From Chara braunii (Eukaryota; Plantae; Charophyceae): a DNA stretch of 64,000 nt. The notes below the pieces were generated by a model. It saw only the letters and a program-made list of their open reading frames with translations, was not told the origin of the DNA and did no database searches. The translations under genes and the position numbers were made by a program. The DNA is taken from contig BFEA01000027.1 in the NCBI GenBank assembly GCA_003427395.1, forward strand, positions 838,550 to 902,549, read 5' to 3'. Below, in pieces: positions 51,501 to 63,889 of the stretch (its first letter is position 1; each line of letters starts with the position of its first letter).

Positions 51501-52858
51501 TTAAACCACCACTCTACCCGAAGTCGAAAATTCGGGGGACCGGTAGCACAGGTTCATGAGGGCTAGTCGAAAATTCGGGGGACCGGTAGCACAGGTTCAT
51601 GAGGGCTACCAGTAGCACAGCGTGGAGAACCGGCAGAGTGGCGAAAATGGAAAATGTGACGAATTTCCGCCACAACTTATTTTGTGGTTGAAATGCTTTT
51701 TTTTTTTTTTTTTTTTNTAAATATTTTTCCTGGAAAGATCACGACCAAATCTACAGACCCTCCCATTTTCTGATTCGGGCCTGGGTTGACAGTGAAGTGG
51801 CAGGCTGCTCTTTTTTTTCCCTCACCGCCGGGCCTGTTCTTGCCGACCCTGATTTTCACTGTGCCTCTAGTTTTTTCTTTCTTTCTTTTGTTATTGCCAT
51901 GTCATGGAACATATCTTTCTTTCACTACCTACCTACCACTACTCCTAATGCTATACAGGGACCCCTGCAAGGGATAGCTTTCTACCTCTCTTCGGTGAAG
52001 GGAGGTCAGAGAGGTAACGGCACATGTTTGCCCCTTTGCCCTAGCGTTTAGGGTGCAGGGTTGGGCCCGCCTGGCTAACACAAGGACCAAATCATTATTT
52101 GCCAGTAACTGTGCCTCCCTTTTCATCTTTTTCCACCCCCATCGAGTAACAGTAGTGTCCAAAGCCAACACTCTCCCACACACCACACACAACCCACTCA
52201 CACGCTCACTCACACCCGTGTTGGCTGAAGACCTTACTAGTACTGGCTGGGAGGATCCAGCTGACTATCTCACCTGGTTGGCACCAAGAGTGCTGTGCGC
52301 CTAGTTTTGCCGAGCCTGGGTTCAGTTCTTTTTTTTTCTGCCCGGTACTATTCTGAAAAAAGGTTTAGAAAAACACAGCCAGACTTTCAAAAAAGAATAA
52401 GCACATCCACAAAAAACAAAAAGAGAAAAAACAGACACCCCTTTGGATATGATATCAGGTACCCCAAAGTAGTTGTGTGAGTATGCCCTCAGTGAGGGCA
52501 TTAGGGCAGGGGTGTTGGGTCCACAAACGAAGAAAACTCGAAACTGAACTTAGGGTGGGAAAGCAGGTTCATACATTCTGCAAAGTAGTAGTGTGGGCAT
52601 GCCCTCCTGCACAAAGTTTTAGCAGCCTGTGGACTGCCCCGTGCCTCGTTGGCAGTGCCTTCTTGTGAGTTTTAGTGTGAGCACAACTTCATGCACGGCC
52701 TTCCCCGACATTGTCTTTTGTTTTTCGTTTTGTTTATCAAACAGGCCCACAAAACCCAACTGCAGAGCCTCGTTCGGCCCCCGAAAAGCTCGGAAAAAAT
52801 GGAAAAACTGCCAGTTTTCCCATTTTTCCCAAGAGCGAGCAAGGTAGTAGTGGTTTAA
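51501..52858. mobile_element. Larger non-autonomous member of the TTAA/ACCAC TIR family
   Basis: ttaaaccaccactctacc ... ggtagtagtggtttaa, with an internal 43 bp tandem duplication at 51523-51608. Confidence 0.5.
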
Positions 52859-52942
52859 AGGCAACAGCCTTGAGATATCATCATTGAACTGACCGGCTCC
52901 AGGTAATTCAGAACGAATTATGCTGGTCATCTGATTGTGTGT

Positions 52943-53000
52943 GGATTCAAACTCGGGTCTCTATTTCAAGAGTTTGTGGGTGTACCAACTGAGCTAGGCC
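52943..53000 (-). pseudogene. tRNA-derived head (related pieces near 49820-49880 and 60790-60855)
   Basis: Minus strand ggcctagctcagttggtac..gagtttgaatcc. Confidence 0.5.
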
Positions 53001-54756
53001 TGCAGGTCACTTTGGAAAGGTGCAGTTGCAGCCTTGTGAGCCTTGGAAGGTAGATTTGTCAGCTTAGGAGGCTGGTGTGAACTGGCGGTTTAATCAATAT
53101 GACTAAATGTCTGCACCATTCAGCCAGAAGGCTGAAGGAAGGGTAACCACTTTGATGGAAGGGAACGCCCTTTGGAAGGTGAACTTTGTCATAGACGAGA
53201 GAACAAGGGAACGGACTTTGATGTTTACCAGGGTTTAATCCCGTGGTTGAGTCCGTTCATTATGAGCGTAGATCCAGTAGTCTAGTCAGATGTTGTGGGC
53301 TTAAACTCAGGGTGAGTAAACTGGTTCGAGGCTGTTATAACACATTACAACTCCCTGGGGGTATGGGTGTACACCCATAGTGAATGAGCCCATAGGTAAC
53401 TATAGGTTAAACCCATGCCAAACCCATGGCAAGGCCGATGTGCCTACCAGAGTTTGGACACTTGACGCGCTGGTTAAGATGGGGAGGTATTTAGAGAATG
53501 CCTCCCTCCTTGCGCGCCTCCCTGGCCCAACTCCATCCCTTTTGCTTTTCCGCTGTTGCTGCCTTCCTTTTTCTCGTTCAGCCGGTAAATAGAAGGACAC
53601 CTTCAAAACAAAAAGGAAAAAAAAAAGAAAAAGAAAGAAAGACCCCTTCAAGCTTTGAGCTTTTGGGATTTGGGGCCTCAAAGTTTGGAGTTTGAGGTCA
53701 GTTTGGAGCTTGAACGCCAGAGAGAGAAGATTCTGAAAATTTAGTTTACACAGTAGGCGATAGGGGTTTAGTGGACACCAGACCTTAAAAACAGAACTTG
53801 CAGTAGGACATGAACATTTAAACCACCGGTGCTTGGCCCAGCTATGGGCCACGGAAAAAAAAAAAGTAGAAGCATTTCTAGTCGAATGAATTTGGCCGTT
53901 CCTGTAGTGGCCCGTATGTTTCCTAAAGTCGTGGCTTGTTTCAACCAAGCAACCTCCTCGAATGGAATGGAAATAGCAGGGAAGACAAGGAGAACAAAAG
54001 GAGGATGGAAGAAGAAGAAGAAGAAGAAGTCACAAAGTTCCCGAATTGCGACTGAATGGGTCGTAAGAATTTTGCGCAAAAACAGTGCGAAATACGTTAA
54101 ATGATAAGCATGAAGCTCGTGGCACAGCGTCCCTATGCTGCATTTCATCCGGTTGCCAAACCGGAATCGTCAGGAGTCTTGTTCGACTTGCGAGGACTCT
54201 GGCTCCAGGGTTAGGGCATGCTCAGACTGGGATGTTTCCTTGTATGCATCTGACCCATACTTGCAACCGCACGAGCCGCACATTCGTGCGTTGCGGTGCG
54301 GAGTACAGCGTGCGGGAGGTGCTCGATCTCCGCACATTCCGCACCCGCACAGACCAGATCCATGCGGAGATCCGTGCGGGGGGTGGCTGTGCGGGTGCGG
54401 AAATGTGCGGGGACGTGTGCTACATGTACCGCACCGTGCGGGACATTTTTTTTTTTTTTTTTTTTTTAAGGGGGTCTGAGGGGTCCGAACATGCTGCTCC
54501 TTTATCAAATCTCTCCTTGACCATGTCGGAAGGGAACTTGCTGCTCATTGTTGCGACCTGCACACATAAAAAATGGGCAGGACCACCAAATCAGCCATAG
54601 TCCCCATTACATCCCCAATTCACCCACACCTGCCAGCAATCGCCGTCTTCGGAAGTCTGCCTTCAAATCAAGTGGACGATTATAAAAATAATTAATAATA
54701 TAACAGAAACGAAGAAAAAAAGACAAAAGGGGGTATGTTGTCTGCCTTGAAATCAA

Positions 54757-55290
54757 GTGGAGGAGAGATGCACGGCAGATGCAGGAGATATGGAGGAGAG
54801 ATGGAGAGATGGAAGAGAAAGGTGGTGAATGGAGGAGAAATGAAGGTGGAGGGGATATGAGAGGGAGATGGGGATCTGAAAGAGAGATGGAAGGGAGAGG
54901 GCGAGATATGGAGGTGGAGGAGAGATGGACATGGAGGTGAAAGGTGGAGGTATGGAGGAGAGATGATGTTGCACCTGGTGGAGGCATGGAGGAGAGATGA
55001 AGGTGGAGGCATGGAGGAGAAATGAAGGTGGAGAGATGGAGGAGAGATGGAGGAAAGATGGAGGAAAGATGGACAGGTGGAGGACAAAGGTGGAGGCATG
55101 GAGAAGAGGTGAAGGTGGAGGGTATATGAAGGAGAGATGCAGGAAATATGGACAGGTGGACAAACGTGGAGGCATGGAGGAGAGGTGAAGGTGGAGGGTA
55201 TATGGAGGACAGATGGAGGAGAGATGGAGGAAAGATGGACAGGTGGAGGACGAAGGTGGAGGCATGGAGGAGAGATGAAGGTGGGGATAT
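54757..55290. repeat. Purine-rich minisatellite (ggaggcatggaggagagatgaaggt variants)
   Basis: Direct inspection. Confidence 0.9.
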
Positions 55291-55385
55291 GACGGGGAGA
55301 CTGGGATATGGCGAGCACTGAGTCCAGGAACAGGAAACAACGGAAAAAAAAATGAGCGGTATTTCCAGCATTTTCCATCGGAGGG

Positions 55386-55866
55386 GATATCGCGAGGAGA
55401 TTAGCATGACCCCCTAAAGTGCACTGTACATCAAGCCCTAACGGCCCCTGCGCATCAAGCCCTACAGGCCCCTATAGATCAGCATAACCCCTGCGCAAGG
55501 ATGACAAACAAAAATCGAGAAAAGGTCGAGAAACAAAACCAGGCTCCTTTGGGACATCCGTTGCAATGAGAACGACACAGAGATGATTACCATGACCCTG
55601 ATGCAAGGCTGACACACAATTCGTGAAAAGGTCCAAAAAAAAAAAAAAAAAAGCTCAATAGATCGGATTATTTTCGAAATTTCAATACCTAGGTGAGAGA
55701 GGAGGATGAGGTGGACGCAGAGGTCGTGCTAATCTTCTCTGTATCGTTCCCAATCCTCCTCCATTTCGTGACTTTGGGAACGATACAGAGAAGATTAGCA
55801 TGACCTCTGCGCAAGGATGACACACACAAAATTTAATAGAGAAAAGGTTGGAAAAAAAAAAGAAAA
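55386..55866 (+). pseudogene. U6: Cluster of U6 snRNA-derived copies
   Basis: Fragments at 55386-55414, 55443-55454 and 55476-55527; near full-length copy 55543-55634 plus A18; inverted 55716-55753; and 55774-55850 plus A-tail. Confidence 0.88.
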
Positions 55867-55889
55867 GCTCGATAGATTCATTACCTGGG

Positions 55890-56345
55890 TGGGAGAGGAG
55901 GACGACCTGGAGGAGGAGGGCAACGAGGAGGAGGAGGAGGAGGAGGAGGAGGAGGGCAAGGAGGGCGACGAGGGCGACGAGGAAGGGGAGTAGGAGGAGG
56001 CCGAGCGGGAGGGGGAGGAGTTGGACGAGGGCTCGATAGATTCGTTACCTGGGTGGGAGAGGAGGAGGACATGGACGACGAGGGCGATGAGGAACGGGAG
56101 CAGGAGGAGGAGGAGGAGGAGGAGGAGGGTGACGAGGGCAATGAGGAAGGGGAGGAGGAGGGGACGGAGGAGGAGGAGGATGAGGAGGAGGAGGAGGAGG
56201 ATGAGGGCGACGGGGAAGGGGAGGAGAAGGAGGAGGAGAAGGAGGAGGGTGACGAGGGCGACGAGGTAGGGGAGGAGGAGGAGGACGAGCGGGAGGAGAG
56301 GAGAAGCATGCAGAGGAGGCAGTGAGGAGGATGAAGGGGAGGTCG
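55890..56345. repeat. (GAG)n-rich low-complexity tract
   Basis: Direct inspection. Confidence 0.9.
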
Positions 56346-57166
56346 AGGCCAGTGATACTCACCGGGCGATGGCGGCAGCTCCTCCCTCACAAGGCAGCAC
56401 GGCAGCACGGCAGCACTTCAGCACGGGGCAGCACTTGAGAATGGCGGCAGCTCCTCCTTGAAATGGCAACAGCACTCCTCGCAGGAATGGCCGTGGCCGA
56501 CCAGAAACCAACGCAAGAGGCCCAGCCAAGCCCACCCACACAGTACAAACAGGTTTCAAAAATTCGAAACCTCGCGGTCCGGCCTTGAGCGCGGGCCTAA
56601 ATTTTTTTTTTTTGGCCTTGGCATCAATTTTGGCCGGGGCCCTCCAATGTGCCGTTTCGACCCCCGCCTTTTTTTTGGTGTGTGTGGGGGGGGTTCGGGC
56701 CGTTCCCCGCACACCTCGTGCACCGCGCGGGAACGGTCGGGCGCGTGCGCGGAACGTCGGGAAACTCGCGCACGACGTGCGCTTGCAAGTATGATCTGAT
56801 TCTGACCTCATTATTACCCAGAAAGTTCTAGTGTGGGTTTGTAATTGTCAGTCTCAGAGAAAAAAAGGGAAAAAATCCAGTCTCTCTCAGTAACTGCATG
56901 GCAGGCACTTCGTTAGGGAATGAATGAACGCCATGGTTTGTCTAGCTCATTATTCCCAGTTCCCAGTGGCACTTTACTTTACTGCTGTACGCGATGGCGT
57001 GAACATGGTCAGGAAATGAAAACATTCTTATGAAGGGCGCACCAGCAGTTTGCCATGTGCTCATGGGTTAATCCCATGGATTGGTGGATGGGAGCAGGTC
57101 TTTCGTGAGACATAATTTCTTGTTCCCCTTGCAGTTCCTCTGGGTGTAGGTTGTGGCTTAAGTCTG

Positions 57167-57236
57167 TTTTTTTTTTTGTTTCTTTTATTTTTTTTGGGAG
57201 CGTTTCTTGATTTGTGTGTGTCATCCTTGTGCAGGG
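57167..57236 (-). pseudogene. U6: 5'-truncated U6 retrocopy with A-rich tail
   Basis: Minus strand ccctgcacaaggatgacacacacaaatcaagaaacgctccc followed by an A-rich tail. Confidence 0.78.
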
Positions 57237-57596
57237 ACTGAATGTTATTGTAGTAATCCATCGGGACTTGAACTCCTGAGCTGTTTGTTAATATTTACCT
57301 GTGTACCATTCAGCCACCAGGTTGTGATCAGATCATTTGTGGGAATAGGTTTTCACAGGGCTTTCCTCCAGAAAAGTGGTGATTGGAGCATTCCATGGTG
57401 GAAGGTCTGGAGTGTGCTTTGTGCTGATATGCTAATGAGATGGGTAGGTGGATGGGAGAAGGAACTCTATGCTTTTTTTTCCTCTAACGGTTACAGTTCG
57501 CCCACGCTTCTTTTGGGTTTTGTGTATGCTTGGTTGTTTATTTGTGCAGGTGCTTGGTCCACTTTGCCTGAGTGGGGGGCACTCAGGCTTATCTGA

Positions 57597-58222
57597 ATGG
57601 CATTTTCACCTTCCCAAGCTGCCGTGTATGCCTTATGCGATCGGGTAAGAGGTCAACCGCTATCCGTTGACTGTAGACACACAACACAAATGACAGGACT
57701 AAATCCACGGGCGACATCTCTGCATATGATGGAGAATTACACTCATACATGGGTTGGAACAAGCACAGAGTACTCGTCAAGTTCAGAAGCGCAGCTGACA
57801 AACAATGCAGGGCGCAAGGCTGGTCCGGGAGACTCCCGATCTCGAAACAGAAACCGAAAAACAGAGCGTTATGGTTGCCGAGGATTTATTCACATGCAGT
57901 TCATTAGTCGTGCGATTATGCGAAGGTTTCGCCGGAAATCCTTACCAGCTCAGGCTGCAGGAGTCAGAGCCACAACCACAGTGGACTCCTGGAGACCGCA
58001 AGCGAGTGCGGGCAACAAGGAGAGTGACGTGACAGAGGGGTACTTGACAGCTTCAGAAAATGTTCCCGCATGGCCCAAATTGTCCTTTGGTGCAATGATG
58101 GATCAAGGGCCAAGATTGGAGATGGAGGATGAGATCTGTGTTGTGGATGATGTGCCACGTGGCTTCCTCTATGCTGGGGTCTTTGATGGCCACTGTGGTG
58201 GTGCTGCTGCGAAATTCCTAAG
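57597..58222 (+). CDS. PPH1: First coding exon of a PP2C phosphatase, PPH1/TAP38-like, with a long N-terminal extension (possible plastid transit peptide)
   Basis: QGPRLEMEDEI..FLYAGVFDGHCGGAAAKFLR matches PP2C motifs 1-2 and resembles TAP38 (QG.R.EMED..YAAVFDGHAG..KFLR). Acceptor ttgtgcag at 57549, donor AG|GTGAGA at 58223. The PP2C call is strong; orthology is less certain. Confidence 0.8.
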
Positions 58223-58599
58223 GTGAGAAACTCTCTTTTTCTCGTTGCCACTCTAGCGAGCTGTTCTATGTCTATGCAGGCTCCTGTCGCTCCCTTCTTT
58301 TTTCGTGTTTGTTCTCTTTTCACGTTTTCTTTTCTGTGATCAGTTTTTCTCCATGTACGCCATGCCAGAATCGGATGTGTTTTCACTTATCTAAGATTAC
58401 ATAACATCAATTATCTTGATTGCCTCTGGCTGCTAAAAGTGGAACGTTTTTCTAACCCACTACAGCCAATACGGATTGCATTCCAGGCTCTGATGAGTCT
58501 GATCCCAATTTGTGTGCCTGGTGGGGCAGGGTCGTGCGAGAAGACAGGCGTTTTTCCACTCCTAGTATTCTCGGAACCGTCGATGTCTCAGGCTTTCCC

Positions 58600-59618
58600 G
58601 ATCCGTGACGTGGAAGGGAATCCCATCATCCATGCTATCGGAAATTTGCGAGTTTAGACATAGACTCGAGCGTGGGTCTTGCAGATAGGCGTGTAGGCGA
58701 CGCCTTTTTTTTGGTCGAGCCCAATTGGTTGGATCGGATTGACTGGCTATCCTTTGGTCGGGGGATCGTCTGATCAGTTCGACATGCCAGCCCAGCACGT
58801 GGCCCTTACACTCTCGAGTGCGCGTGTCAAGAAACAGACATTAGGAAGGCAATCAGAGGGTAATTCACATATTTGAATCAGCCATCCACTTATCAGTCAA
58901 AGCATACATCAGCCAGGACCACCGAGTTTTCGTTAGATTTTCCTTTCTGCCCAAACAGGGACGGGAAACTAACATGCATACGAGTGATCCGACAGAGACA
59001 GTGTCAGCAATCGGGTGATTGGTTCGCCCGGCAACTTAGTTTCACAGACGCATTTTCCCAATACTCATGCATCAATCGAACTCAAGGGCTGTGCGAATTT
59101 CCAGAAAAGCATAAACGAGAGACCGACAAAGGTTTATGCATCAAGCCATGGAACTGAAGAAGACTGCATCATCATAACCCAAGCTCACCGAGGTCACGCG
59201 CAGACAATCGTCGTACCCGATCACACCATACTGCAGTGAAACAGGAGTGAGGAGGAAAAATCAAACCGATCGCTAAAAAAAAAACACAAACAGGGGATAG
59301 TCATAAGTAGAAGAGGGCCGACGCCACTTGTCAAAACTACACAGACGAGGAAAAGAAGGACACCATCCCACACACAAGATCCGAAGGTTGGTGCATCCAA
59401 CCCGAGTGCAGAATGGGGACTAGAAAGCGACGGAATTCGAATTAAGCCAGCATCCAAAGATTGCGTGAGGAGGGGTGAGGGTAGCGCGCAAGTTCGTTCT
59501 TCACACACCATAAGCAGAAAATCTGAGACGATTCACAAGGAGATCCGACACGGCCGCAACTAGTTCGGCCAAGGTTGAAATCAAAATTTATACAGAGGGT
59601 TAGAGGAAGGCATCATCC

Positions 59619-59651
<33 letters not shown>

Positions 59652-60649
59652 CTCCACGCCACATCACCTCCGATGGGGGCAGTCCATCGCCTCGCACCAA
59701 CACCGAGTCGTCACCCCGCTTAGTCCGAGCACGCAAGCCAAGTTTGCCCGTGGGTCACAGTCCGTCGTGGACCGCACATCAACCCTGCCTACCCGGCACC
59801 AGCTCGTCGGGTCGCCTGACTCACTTCTGCTCATCTTCCCACTTACTCGTTAGCCAATCCTCACTAACCGCGCTAACTTCCAAATTCTTAGAGAGAAAAC
59901 TAATCGCGCTTGCGAAATTCATAGCGTGCATGCTTGCGCGAGGAACCCGGAATTATGCCTAAGTGAGGGGAAGGGGAAGAGAAGGAAATGCCTACGCCTG
60001 CATGGCCAAGCCGCAGCGTGGGGGACGCAGCCACACTCCACGCATCGATCTGGTCATGCAGTCGTTCAGGCCAATTAGAGTGGAGGACGAGGTATGCATG
60101 ACAGAGGGGGAGAAGGCGGGGAAACACGAGAGAATCAAGAAGACAATCGCGCCCGCCAAAAATTACAGTTACACGCAGGATTAAGGGCGCCGTACAGTCA
60201 GAGCCCAGTCCCCACTGCGGTGGGAGGTGCACAAGCAAGAAGCGCAGCGCAACAAGATTTCAGAGTACCTAAATTCCTAGTCTAAATCCTATTTGCAAAA
60301 GAAATTCCGAAAAGACAAAAAAAGAATTCCGAGAGCCCGCCATCCGTTGTAAATTTGAAAAACGACATTCTTGCGCGCTAATCGCGCCAAAATTCCCATC
60401 TCCCATAGCAGAACAAGAAAGAAGCTATGGCAACCGTTATTTATCGCGCTCGCTAAGGCGCGGTCACTCCATCGTCTGCGCAGGACTTTCCCAGCCCCGG
60501 TCTCGAAAGCCAAAAAGAAGGAAATCCATGCAACTTGTCAAGTTGTCCAGCCGACCCATATCTATGCATTCCCCCCGACCAACCAGTCCCCAACCCCCGA
60601 GGCCGCTTCGTGCAGAAAGTCGTGCGATTGCAGAAAATAGTTCGTCACA
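58600..60649 (-). mobile_element. LTR-like insertion in the PP2C intron
   Basis: gttcgtcaca at 60640-60649 is the reverse complement of the LTR start tgtgacgaac at 37970. The left boundary is not defined. Confidence 0.4.
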
Positions 60650-62046
60650 GTCTACCGCCATATGAACTAACCCCCAGCTAGGACTGGAAGGGGCGAAGGT
60701 CTCCGGGAGAACCCAGCACCCTACCAAGACCAACTAGGGAGGGCAAGCCAACTATGTCGGTTGGCGAACACCAGGCACGCCGCAGGTGCCTGTGGGGAAC
60801 TGGACCCATGACCTCCTGAGTGCGGCTTGAGTGCGAAAGCAACTGACATAGGCCGCTGGCCCTATGTCACTTCGGTTCCAATTCCACTGGCAAGTCAGAA
60901 AAAGATCGGACACACTCTCAATACTTCCCCATGTTGCGGCCCGGGGATCCCTGACAGCATTGATACTTCCCGTGGACGGATTGATTGTCAGTTGAGGCCA
61001 TGCTTGCTTGGCAAAATCCCTGCATGTCTACTTCGTACCCCTTTAAAAACATGCCTGAACCAGCTAGAATAATACCTCTCAGTCCATGCCTGTAAACTGC
61101 CTGACATCGTTGACAGCTTAGGCTAGTTTTTTATGGCCTAATTTCCCCTGACATTCTCTCAGTTTTTCCATTGTCAAACCTCTCTCTCTCTAGCCCTCTC
61201 TCTCTCTCTCTCTTTGCATCTTGAGCATGACCTAGGCTATAGGTCACAGTCCCTGTCAAACACACTACCTCTGGGCTGTGCTCGCAGCTAAGGTAAAAGC
61301 CTGTTCTCTAAGTGAAGGGGTGATGCCATGCTCCAAGCGAAGGTGTGAAGCAGTGCGTGGAGGTAATATATGATGGTGTTTGATGGGCCAAAAGAACTGC
61401 CCATGTTCCTCACTATGCTGCTTGTCATCGAGGAGCAACTGCACTGCTGATTGTGCTATTACTATTGTCACCCATGGACACAGGTTCAAACTTCAAATGG
61501 CTAACTTTCTTTTAGTATCCAGGTAGAGACTGATTGATGAGCTGACATTATGCGTACTGAATCTACTGATTGATAAACTGGCAGCTCAACTGTTGCGGGA
61601 ATGTCCTCCCCTTCTTCTGGTAAAAAAGAGAAAAAAAGCGCGTTCACATACTCCCGGAGAGCATAGTCCTTTCTTCTTCTGGTTGATGGCCGCTGTACAG
61701 TCACAGAGGTCTCGGTTGTTCAAGAAGATGGCACACATGTGGTGACTTTGCAGCTGCCCCTCATGCCTTGAATTGGGTTTTGTTCGATAAAACATTCTGG
61801 AGCTTGACAAGATGTATCAGCAGCAATGTGGGGGACATTTGATATGTTATTTCATGGTTTTATCCAACAACATACATCTCACACAGACACAAAAACAAAA
61901 AGAATGTATACATATATATCGTCAAACAGAACTGCCCGGTAAACTGTAGGCAGAGAGGGAGAAGAGCACAACAAACGAGGGGCTGTGACAGACTGTTTGG
62001 TTGGAGTTTCACCAACTGATCAGAAGGCTGAACCCATATATATATA

Positions 62047-62083
62047 CTGATGAGTCGGTGAAACTCCGACGAAACAGTTTGTC
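62047..62083 (+). ncRNA. Minimal hammerhead-ribozyme-like core
   Basis: CTGATGA-gtcgg(tgaaact)ccgac-GAAA-ca(gtt)tG-TC. Helix I is not evident. Confidence 0.6.
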
Positions 62084-62309
62084 ACAGGCCCTCGTTTGTT
62101 GTCCTCTTCTCTCTCTCTGCCTACGGTTTACCGGGCAGTTCTATTTGTGACGATATATATNNNNNNNNNNNNNNNNNNNNNNNNNNNNNNNNNNNNNNNN
62201 NNNNNNNNNNNNNNNNNNNNNNNNNNNNNNNNNNNNNNNNNNNNNNNNNNNNNNNNNNNNNNNNNNNNNNAGGCAGAGAGAGAGAAGAGGACAACAAACG
62301 AGGGGCTGT

Positions 62310-62346
62310 GACAAACTGTTTCGTCGGAGTTTCACCGACTCATCAG
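62310..62346 (-). ncRNA. Second hammerhead-like core in inverted orientation (third, decayed copy at 61987-62023)
   Basis: Exact reverse complement of 62047-62083. Confidence 0.6.
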
Positions 62347-62360
62347 GAGGCTGAACCCTA

Positions 62361-62423
<63 letters not shown>

Positions 62424-62802
62424 ACGCACACGCGCATGGGTGTGTGTGGTGAGAACTTTAGACATATGGCCGCTTTTCAAAGTTAATACATTCTTTTTTC
62501 CCCTAAGGGCCCCACTGCTGCACGTTGTGTCTGGGGGCTTGCCAGAAAATCAGTCAGGTGCGAAAAGGGAAATTACAGGTAGGTTCTTCTTTATTATGGA
62601 GGATCAAAGGGAAAACACTTTTTGAAACCAACTTTGACGGCCAAGTGGTATCTAAAAAACTTGTCAATTCTGGCCCAGAAGATTCCCCTCCCCCCCCCGC
62701 CCACAATTCACAACTCAATTTTACTCCTGCTTGAATACCCACCTTGTAAAACCTTCCAAATAGATGAAATAATCAAACAAAGGTGCGTTTCATTCTGATA
62801 GC

Positions 62803-62975
62803 AATGCTGGGGCCTGCATTTCAATAAGTCTATCTTCTGTGTTGATAAATGGACCTTTTCTTGAAGTTACCACTTCCTTAAATGCTGGGGCCTGCATTTC
62901 AATAAGGCTATCTTCTTAATGCTATCTTCCAAATGCTGGGGCCTGCATTTCAATAAGGCTATTTTCTGTGTTGAC
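62803..62975. repeat. Three copies of aatgctggggcctgcatttcaataag
   Basis: Direct inspection. Confidence 0.9.
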
Positions 62976-63025
62976 ACGTAGGCTGATCCAAAAAGCCTTC
63001 CATCATTCTTGAAGTTACCACTTCC

Positions 63026-63241
63026 TTAAACCACAAGTACCTCGCCTAGGCAAACTTGAGAATTGAAATTGTGTCAATCCTCCGAGCTCTTTGGGGGGAT
63101 CAACGGTGTTACCGGACGACAAGGGCTGGCGGTGCCAGGCAAAAAAGGAAAAACAGTGCCCCACTGGCGCTTTGTTTCTTTTTTGGTGCGCAGTGCCAAT
63201 CCTCGTGTGGAAAGTGGCTCAAGGTACCGGTGGTGGTTTAA
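63026..63241. mobile_element. TTAA-bounded MITE, same family as 14806
   Basis: ttaaaccacaagtacc ... ggtaccggtggtggtttaa. The interior (gctggc.g.gccaggcaaaa) is shared with 17072-17092. Confidence 0.7.
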
Positions 63242-63889
63242 AGCATGCAACTTTAATGATTACTCCCATGTTAAGCGTAAAAAAAAGGGGGGGGAAAAAA
63301 AAACTTGTGTTTTGTGTTTACTCAGACTTACTCTGTATACTTACATGTCAGTCTTGCTTGCTGGTGAAAAGCAACTGGACTAGTGCCCACTGGAATAGAA
63401 TGGCTTTCAAGGCGGAACTCCCCTGAGGATGGCCAAGTAACTGGCATCAGCCGAAACATGTCAGGAATTGCAAATATGTGAAGTCGTCGATCGTCTCGTT
63501 GCTTCGGTGGTGACGGACGATATTTATGTTTGTTCTTGGAAACACCTTCACGATCCTACTGTGTCATTTAATGAACTTTCATCATGTGCTTTCTCCCCTA
63601 ACCCTCCATTTTGAAATTTGTTGATGCTGAAGGAAGGGTTGGTCAGGCCAAATCCGTAAAGGGTCTGTTCCTATCTCAACAACCGAGCTGGTGCCCACCA
63701 GAATAGAAAAATGGGCTTTTTTTAAGGTTTTTTTTTCTTTTTTTTTCCCCCTCCGGTTATCCTCTCCTCTCAATTCTGGTCAACATTCCAAACATCTGTG
63801 GTTCACTCCTACAGGAAAAGGCTTCCCCCTGATCCGGGCACCAGTGATTACCTGATGCTATTATGTCTATATGCGTGCAATGGAAAATG

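Noticed and set aside
55877-55890. U1 snRNA 5' end (TTACCTGG)
   Set aside because: Only 8 nt match, with no downstream U1 sequence
54607-56408. Pro/Ser/Glu-rich ORFs
   Set aside because: Products of purine-rich minisatellite and (GAG)n tracts
58490-58550. CTGATGAGTC as another hammerhead
   Set aside because: No closing helix II followed by GAAA
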